64,000 nt of DNA, from NCBI GenBank assembly GCA_964545885.1, contig CAZJHG010000002.1, positions 10,421 to 74,420 of the forward strand, read 5' to 3'. Made by a program: the position numbers and the translations under genes. A model generated the notes under the pieces. It saw nothing but the letters and a program-made list of their open reading frames with translations, made no database searches and was not told the origin of the DNA. Every line of letters begins with the position of its first letter. The stretch's first letter is position 1. The stretch is from an uncultured Muribaculaceae bacterium (lineage in GTDB: Bacteria > Bacillota_I > Bacilli_A > RF39 > UBA660). Shown here in pieces: positions 57,990-64,000 of this stretch.

Positions 57990-59993
57990 TTACTTTTGAA
58001 ATTTCTTAGTAATAAATTCTACTATCATATCAGATGTTTTTTCTGGACCTAGATAATCACTATTAATTATTAAGTCATAGTTTTTTATATTACCCCATTC
58101 TTGGTTTGTATAATACTTATAATGCTTAGCTCGTAGTTTATTTTCTTTTCTTATTTTATTTAGAGCTTCTTTTTCAGTTAAATTAAAATATTTGATAGCA
58201 CGATTTATTTTATTTTCTTCTGTACTATAAATAAATATCTTTATTAAGTTTTTTTCATCTTTTAAGATATAATCTGCACATCTACCGATAATAACACAGG
58301 AATCTTTTTTAGCAATATCTTTTATAACTTTATTTTCGGCTATGAATAATTCATCATCTTCGTTATAACTACTATTGAATTTAGAACTGAATTTTTTCTT
58401 TTGGTCATTTTCTTCAATAAAGTTTTCTGACATATTAGATTCTTTTGCTACTAAGGATACTAATTCTTTATCATAAAATTTAATGCCTAGTTTTTCAGCA
58501 ATCATTCTACCAATATATCTTCCTCCTGAACCATATTCTCTTGATATAGTAATTAATATTTTTTTATTTAAAATATTATTAGGAGTTTTTTCTGATATTA
58601 ATGATGTACTTTGAGTAGTAGATTTACCTATTTTTTGATATTCACTTTTGAAAATAAAGATAACTATTATAAAACAGATAAAGTCAGCAATTGGACCAGC
58701 GTATAGGGCACCATATAATTTTAAATTAGTGAAATTTGATAATATTAAACATAATGGAATAAATAGAATTATTTGTCTTAAGAATGCAACAAAAGTAGAT
58801 TTTTTTACACTACCAAGTGATTGTAATAAAATACTAGAACTCATTTCTAAAGCATTTAAGAAACATAACATTAAGAATATTCTTAGGGAATCTACACCAA
58901 ATTCCATAAATAAATTGTAATTTGGATCTGATTTAGTAGCAAATAAATTTATTAAACTATTAGCACCAAAGAAAGTTAATAAATTAAATAATACTCCTAT
59001 AATCATCGAAAAGAATATTACTTTTTTAATAATTTCTTTTACACGATTATAATTATCGGCGCCATAGTTATATCCTAATATTGGTTGAGCTCCAATAGAT
59101 AGTCCTAGGATGAATGATACATATAAATTATTTATTTTTGATACTACTCCATAAACTGATAAAGGAATATCAGCTCCAAATTTAGAGATACTTCCAAATT
59201 TTGTCATTACATTATTCATTGTTATAAATAATGCTAGGACTGTTAGTTGAATTATAAAACTTGATAATCCATAACTTATTGTTCTAAATATTGATTTGTT
59301 TAGATGGTAATCTTCTTTAGTTAGTTTTAGTGTTTTTGTTTTAAATAAATAGATTATAGCTATTATACATGAAATGAATTGTCCTATTATAGTAGCTAGT
59401 GCTCCACCTGCTACTCCCATATCAAATGTAAAAATAAATAGTGGATCTAATATTAAGTTGATTATTGCTCCACTAACTAGACACATCATCGAATATTTGG
59501 GCGAACCATCTGCTCTTATAATAGCTGATAGCCCAGTATACAGAATCATGAATGGAGCACCGGCTAGAATGATTCTTCCATAGATGATTGCATATTCATA
59601 AGCGGTTTTTGTGCAACCAAATAAATATACTAGTTTTGGCAAGAATAGTTCTCCTAATATACAAATGATAATGGAGATAAGAAATAAAGCTACTATAGAT
59701 GCACCGGTACTTTTTTCAGCTTCTTCCTTTTTTCCTTGACCTAGTAATAGACTGATATTAGCTGCACAACCATTACCAAGTAATTGGGCAAATCCAGTAC
59801 AAATTATTACTATGGGAAATATAACATTGGTAGCTGCATTACCTAAGCTACCTACTCCCTTACCGATAAATATTTGATCGACAATGTTATAAATTGAATT
59901 AATTAGTTGACTTATTATACAAGGTATAGCAAACGAAATTAATAATTTGTTTATATTACCTGTACCTAAATCTAATTCTTTTTTTGATTTCAT
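57990..59993 (-). CDS. MATE-family efflux transporter (12 TM) fused in frame to a C-terminal cytidylate-kinase-like (PF13189-type) P-loop domain.
   Basis: About 450 aa of polytopic MATE-like sequence, then ...ILITISREYGSGGRYIGRMIAEKLGIKFYD..., a P-loop-like segment (SREYGSGGR; inferred, not a canonical GxxxxGK[ST] Walker A), in one uninterrupted 667-codon ORF. Confidence 0.7.
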   Translation of the reverse strand: MKSKKELDLGTGNINKLLISFAIPCIISQLINSIYNIVDQIFIGKGVGSLGNAATNVIFPIVIICTGFAQLLGNGCAANISLLLGQGKKEEAEKSTGASIVALFLISIIICILGELFLPKLVYLFGCTKTAYEYAIIYGRIILAGAPFMILYTGLSAIIRADGSPKYSMMCLVSGAIINLILDPLFIFTFDMGVAGGALATIIGQFISCIIAIIYLFKTKTLKLTKEDYHLNKSIFRTISYGLSSFIIQLTVLALFITMNNVMTKFGSISKFGADIPLSVYGVVSKINNLYVSFILGLSIGAQPILGYNYGADNYNRVKEIIKKVIFFSMIIGVLFNLLTFFGANSLINLFATKSDPNYNLFMEFGVDSLRIFLMLCFLNALEMSSSILLQSLGSVKKSTFVAFLRQIILFIPLCLILSNFTNLKLYGALYAGPIADFICFIIVIFIFKSEYQKIGKSTTQSTSLISEKTPNNILNKKILITISREYGSGGRYIGRMIAEKLGIKFYDKELVSLVAKESNMSENFIEENDQKKKFSSKFNSSYNEDDELFIAENKVIKDIAKKDSCVIIGRCADYILKDEKNLIKIFIYSTEENKINRAIKYFNLTEKEALNKIRKENKLRAKHYKYYTNQEWGNIKNYDLIINSDYLGPEKTSDMIVEFITKKFQK

Positions 59994-60034
59994 ATTTTAC
60001 CTCTTTCTATATTTTTGAGCAAAAAAATACACGT

Positions 60035-60065
60035 AAATCCAATATCTGGACTTACGTGTTTAGCT
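60035..60065 (-). terminator. Hairpin with a T-run after the membrane-protein gene.
   Basis: ACACGTAA-15 nt-TTACGTGT followed by ATTTTTTTG on the minus strand. Confidence 0.35.
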
Positions 60066-60133
60066 GCTCGACATGTTAATCTTACCACAAAAAAATTTTT
60101 TATGTAAGTTTTTTTAATTTATGTTAGTTAATT

Positions 60134-60928
60134 TTAATTATTTGCTTTTTCAATAATGAATCTTCCGGCTAATTTTGATTTATCTTTGTTTACTATATAT
60201 AAATAACCAAAAATACTATAGACTATAGCTCCAATAAAATTTACTATTAAGTCTTTCATAGTATCGTGAAGACCTATATCTAAATAATTATCAAATTTTG
60301 CTATTTCGTTGTCTTCTTTATCATAAATTATTGTATATTCAATATCCTTATATCTTATTACATTATTATTTTTTTCAGCATCTGTTGACACAGTATTAAT
60401 CGTTTCAATATATTTATCTTTTTGCATATCTAGTTTAAATATTGTATCCATACCATATTCAAAGAACTCCCATACTACACCAACAGTCATCGAAAAACAA
60501 AATGATACTAGAGCAACAAATATTGGTGATAGTTCAATTGATTTACTATTTTCGTTCAATAAATAGACTAGCGAAAAGCCAACACTGGCACATAGGAATC
60601 CATTTAAAGTATGAAGGATAGTATCCCAATGAGGAATTGTTACGTAGAAATTATTAATTTCACCTAATATTTCTGCTGAATAGATAAAAAGAAATATTAT
60701 TCTTTCAAGTAAGCTAGGTAATTTTATCTTGAATTTTTTTTCAATAAAAAAAGGTAGTGTAAATAAAAATAATGATAGAATACATAAAGCAGCATTTTGA
60801 AAACTGCCATTCATTAATTCTCTTATTAAACAAATAATTACTAATATTCGTAGAATAAAATAGGTAATTATTGCCTTTTTATCATTACCTTCTAATAGTT
60901 TTTTCATCTTTTCTTTGTATTTTTTCAT
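60134..60928 (-). CDS. Polytopic membrane protein, 264 aa, function unknown.
   Basis: At least five or six hydrophobic helices; no catalytic motif recognised. Confidence 0.45.
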   Translation of the reverse strand: MKKYKEKMKKLLEGNDKKAIITYFILRILVIICLIRELMNGSFQNAALCILSLFLFTLPFFIEKKFKIKLPSLLERIIFLFIYSAEILGEINNFYVTIPHWDTILHTLNGFLCASVGFSLVYLLNENSKSIELSPIFVALVSFCFSMTVGVVWEFFEYGMDTIFKLDMQKDKYIETINTVSTDAEKNNNVIRYKDIEYTIIYDKEDNEIAKFDNYLDIGLHDTMKDLIVNFIGAIVYSIFGYLYIVNKDKSKLAGRFIIEKANN

Positions 60929-61063
60929 TAAACTCTCTCTTTACTAATTATAATTTATTAATGATATTATATATGATATTTATCATACTATCAATATGTG
61001 GCTTATTAATGTTTTATCAATAATTATTTCATTAAAAAACTCCAGTTTGAACTGAAGTTTTTT

Positions 61064-61390
61064 CTATTTAATAAGAGAACTGCCACAATTTACACAATTT
61101 GTACTAGAACCATTTCTTTTAGTTCCGCATTCTGGGCAATAAGAAAATACTTCATAGTAGTTTGTATTGCTATAGCTACTCTCTTTACTAGCATATTGTT
61201 TGTTGGAATTGTTTACTATGCTAGCTCCTATGGCTGAGCCTATCAAGGCACTTAATCCTGTTCCAAGATAAGACCTTCTCGGCTGATAAAACATTGGTCT
61301 TCTTTCGTGAAACATAGGGCCTCTTGGTCCACCCATCATTGTGCCATGTGGTCCGTGTGGCCCACCTGGTCCACCATGTGGTCCTGGCAA
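61064..61390 (-). CDS. Small Gly/Pro/His-rich protein with a C-terminal zinc ribbon (CPECG...CVNCG) and one TM segment.
   Basis: Two CxxC pairs 12 residues apart. N-terminal PGPHGGPGGPHGPHG low-complexity stretch. Start uncertain. Confidence 0.4.
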   Translation of the reverse strand: MPGPHGGPGGPHGPHGTMMGGPRGPMFHERRPMFYQPRRSYLGTGLSALIGSAIGASIVNNSNKQYASKESSYSNTNYYEVFSYCPECGTKRNGSSTNCVNCGSSLIK

Positions 61391-61418
61391 ATAATCACTT
61401 CTTTCTATATTATAAAAT

Positions 61419-61835
61419 TTATTCTATTTCAATAGTTTTAGCAGTAGGTAATTTTTTAGTTTCTTCTTTTTTAGGAATATCAATTTTCAAAATACCATTT
61501 TTAAATTCAGCATGAATGTCTTCTTCTGTTAATTCATCACCAACATAGAAACTTCTTGAACATTCTCCGTAATATCTTTCTTGACGAACATATCTTTCTT
61601 CGTCTTCATTTTTATCTTCTTTTACTACACTGGCAGATATTTGTAGATATCCATCTTCTAAAGTAATATTTAAATTTTCTTTTTCATATCCTGGTAAATC
61701 CATTTCGATAATGTACTTATCATCTTTTTCTTTAATATCAGTCTTCATTAAAGTTGGTTGCTTTCTAGTAAAGAAATCATCTCTAAAAAAGTCATCAAAT
61801 AAATCAAAACTATTTCTTCTTGGTACTAACATCAT
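61419..61835 (-). CDS. Hsp20/alpha-crystallin small heat-shock protein. Start at the Met with an AAGGAAG RBS.
   Basis: Alpha-crystallin-domain pattern IIEMDLPGYEKENLNITLEDGYLQISA...FKNGILKIDIPKKE. Confidence 0.8.
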   Translation of the reverse strand: MMLVPRRNSFDLFDDFFRDDFFTRKQPTLMKTDIKEKDDKYIIEMDLPGYEKENLNITLEDGYLQISASVVKEDKNEDEERYVRQERYYGECSRSFYVGDELTEEDIHAEFKNGILKIDIPKKEETKKLPTAKTIEIE

Positions 61836-62072
61836 ATAAATCATCTTCCTTTCATAATGTGTTATCAATGAATGGTAGCACAAACTAATATAATTTTAAT
61901 ACCTTGTAATAAGTCTTCTTTTCTTATTACGCTTATATAATAACTCAATTATTGGCACTTGTCAATGGAGAGTGCTAATATTCACAAAATTTTCACATTA
62001 CTTTATTATTTTGAATCTTTTTTCTTATAATATACTAATAATATACTAAAAAAGTGAATATTAGAAATCCAC

Positions 62073-62633
62073 TTAAATAATAGATAAATGTTCTAGAAGA
62101 ATTTTTATTCCTATAAAAATTAATATTAGTCCTCCTATGAACTTGGCTTTCTTTTCGTATTTATCACCAAATTTGTTACCTATTTTGGAACCAAAGAAAG
62201 ACATAATAAATGTAGTTAATCCAATAGTAGTAAATGCGGCTATAATGTTAACTTTTAAGAAAGAAAAAGTTATACCAACAGCTAATGCATCTATACTAGT
62301 AGCTACTGCTAATGGAAGCATTGTTTTAAAATCAACTAAATCATTACTAGTATCTTCTTCGTTAGAAAAAGTTTCTCTTATCATATTAGCGCCAATTGCA
62401 CATAGTAAAACAAATGCTATCCAATGATCTATTTTAGTAATGAATGATTCAAATGTTGAACCTAATAAATAGCCGATTATTGGCATACCGCCTTGGAATA
62501 AACCAAAGTATAACGCTATTATAAGACCTTTTTTACAATCATACTTTTTCATAGATAGACCTTTACAGATTGCTACTGCGAAGGCATCTGCAGAAAGTCC
62601 CACACTTATTAATAAAATTTCAGTAAATCCCAT
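62073..62633 (-). CDS. mntP: Manganese efflux pump MntP.
   Basis: [22 protein letters not shown] start; two DUF204-like halves; 186 aa. Confidence 0.8.
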   Translation of the reverse strand: MGFTEILLISVGLSADAFAVAICKGLSMKKYDCKKGLIIALYFGLFQGGMPIIGYLLGSTFESFITKIDHWIAFVLLCAIGANMIRETFSNEEDTSNDLVDFKTMLPLAVATSIDALAVGITFSFLKVNIIAAFTTIGLTTFIMSFFGSKIGNKFGDKYEKKAKFIGGLILIFIGIKILLEHLSII

Positions 62634-62761
62634 AGTAATCCTCTTTCTTATGGAGTATTAAAAAAGCCATTACAATATAACTGGCTTTACTTATTAGAGT
62701 ATAACTACTCTCTTATTTATATATTCTTATTGTATCATATTTCTAAATTATTAAATAGCTT

Positions 62762-63445
62762 TTATTTGGCTGATACTTCACTATCTTCTTTATCGTTAGT
62801 TATGTTACCATCGCCACTTACTGGAATAGAATCTCCTAAGTATGTGGGAGATGGCTTAAATATACATTTTATGAAGTCTTTATCACGAGCTAATATTTCA
62901 CGAATTTCACGAAATAATTGATTAGAATATTTTCTTGGGTCTGCTCCTACTCCATATGCTTCAACATCTAATTTATTTGATATATATAACGATCTATATA
63001 AATGGTATTTTTGAGTAACAATAATTATCTTTTTAGCTTTAAAGATTTCTTTAGTACGATAAATTGTTTCGTAAGTTGAAAAACCAGCGTGATCCATAAA
63101 GATATCTTCTGATGGAACACCGGCATTGATAGCATATGACTTCATAATATTTACTTCATCATAATTTTCCCTACTATGGTCGCCACTCATAATAATTTTA
63201 GGAGCAATACCTTTTTTATATAAGTCAATAGCAACGTCTAAGCGATCCTTTAACATTGGACTTGGTTCATCACCCCATATTCCTGCTCCTAAAACGACGA
63301 TACAATCAATGTTTTCTATTTTTTCTATATCAGTTAATACTGATATTCTGTTTTTGCTTGATAAGACAACATATAAATTTACACCTATAATTGCTGTTAT
63401 AAAAATTATTATAATAATTAAAAATACTTTAAATACTTTTTTCAT
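62762..63445 (-). CDS. SanA/YdcF (DUF218) family membrane-anchored protein.
   Basis: N-terminal TM, then CIVVLGAGIWGDEPSPMLKDRLD...IIMSGDH, typical of DUF218. Confidence 0.65.
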   Translation of the reverse strand: MKKVFKVFLIIIIIFITAIIGVNLYVVLSSKNRISVLTDIEKIENIDCIVVLGAGIWGDEPSPMLKDRLDVAIDLYKKGIAPKIIMSGDHSRENYDEVNIMKSYAINAGVPSEDIFMDHAGFSTYETIYRTKEIFKAKKIIIVTQKYHLYRSLYISNKLDVEAYGVGADPRKYSNQLFREIREILARDKDFIKCIFKPSPTYLGDSIPVSGDGNITNDKEDSEVSAK

Positions 63446-63463
63446 ATTAACCTCTTATATTAA

Positions 63464-63976
63464 CTATTTAATTACTATTATTTGACCTTTTTCGCAATGT
63501 TTATAGAAATCTATTACTGATATACCTGGTTTTGGTATTTCATATTTTCTTAGAACTAAGTTTTTTTCACTATATTGATTATTTAACTCAGTAATAATAA
63601 AATTATTTCTAACATCTATTAATAATTCATTTAAACTATTATATTCGTGAATACCTTTGTACTTAGACCAAGCGTGTTCAAACCAATAATACTTATTATT
63701 ATCTTCATATACTAAGAAAGTATGAGTTGGACATTTATCATTATCATAATAAACTATAAAATAAGTAGAAAATGGATAATTTGTCTTTTCAAAATAATGA
63801 CGTTCTAATTCTACTTGATCCCAACAGACTCCCAACTTACTATTAATTAGCTCTTTAGGAGATTGCAACTTATAAGTATCAGAAAATGTTTCGTCTATTT
63901 CAAAATGATTTTGATTATTTGAATCTACCCAACCATATTTTATATCATTCATTAAGTTCATTATTTCATCATTCAC
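63464..63976 (-). CDS. Hypothetical cytoplasmic protein, 170 aa, with possible Cys/His residues (GVCWDQ...THTFLVYED).
   Basis: ORF only; domain not recognised. Confidence 0.35.
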   Translation of the reverse strand: MNDEIMNLMNDIKYGWVDSNNQNHFEIDETFSDTYKLQSPKELINSKLGVCWDQVELERHYFEKTNYPFSTYFIVYYDNDKCPTHTFLVYEDNNKYYWFEHAWSKYKGIHEYNSLNELLIDVRNNFIITELNNQYSEKNLVLRKYEIPKPGISVIDFYKHCEKGQIIVIK

Positions 63977-64000
63977 TATTACACATCCTTTAAGACATAA

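Noticed and set aside
1-64000. Possibility of a Mollicutes-type genetic code (TGA = Trp) given the very low GC content.
   Set aside because: Conserved genes (essC, pfp, PBP, activase) translate as long uninterrupted ORFs with standard stops, and strong GGAGG-type RBSs are present. This is consistent with code 11 in a Firmicute.

Overview
This is an AT-rich (roughly 28-30% GC) Firmicutes-type chromosomal segment using the standard genetic code, with no rRNA, tRNA or CRISPR evident. Main content, in order:
(1) The 3' end of a T7SSb locus: essC truncated at the window edge and a YukD/EsaB-like gene. A convergent operon of six small alpha-helical WXG100-type proteins follows, headed by an HExxH lipoprotein.
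(2) A phosphorelay island with two paralogous 7TM hybrid histidine kinases and an Hpt-REC protein, split by a Rpn-like PD-(D/E)XK nuclease gene and an acyltransferase.
(3) Housekeeping and hypothetical genes: acyl-CoA synthetase, FAD dehydrogenase, pyrH, a ~1400-aa dehydratase-activase fusion, Maf and DUF2207.
(4) A 1727-aa vWA + isopeptide-domain + MucBP surface adhesin with a dedicated class B sortase.
(5) The strongest finding: a ~6.5-kb element carrying a large serine recombinase, inserted into the 3' end of a SEDS (spoVE/ftsW-like) gene. The insertion is flanked by a 9-bp direct repeat (ATACCAGTT). The conserved LPFxSYGGSS C-terminal coding segment is displaced ~6.4 kb downstream. The gene sits next to a single-PASTA SpoVD-like PBP and a DacB-like carboxypeptidase. 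This looks like a skin-type sporulation intervening element.
(6) PPi-dependent PFK.
(7) A second T7SS-substrate-like module: a tandem-WXG protein, a small coiled-coil protein, and a 768-aa protein with an N-terminal helical domain, a C39-like Cys-His peptidase domain, ~25 copies of a 39-bp Ser/Thr/Gly repeat, and a C-terminal hydrophobic anchor.
(8) DUF1846, trmB, a MATE::cytidylate-kinase-like fusion, Hsp20, mntP and a SanA/DUF218 gene.
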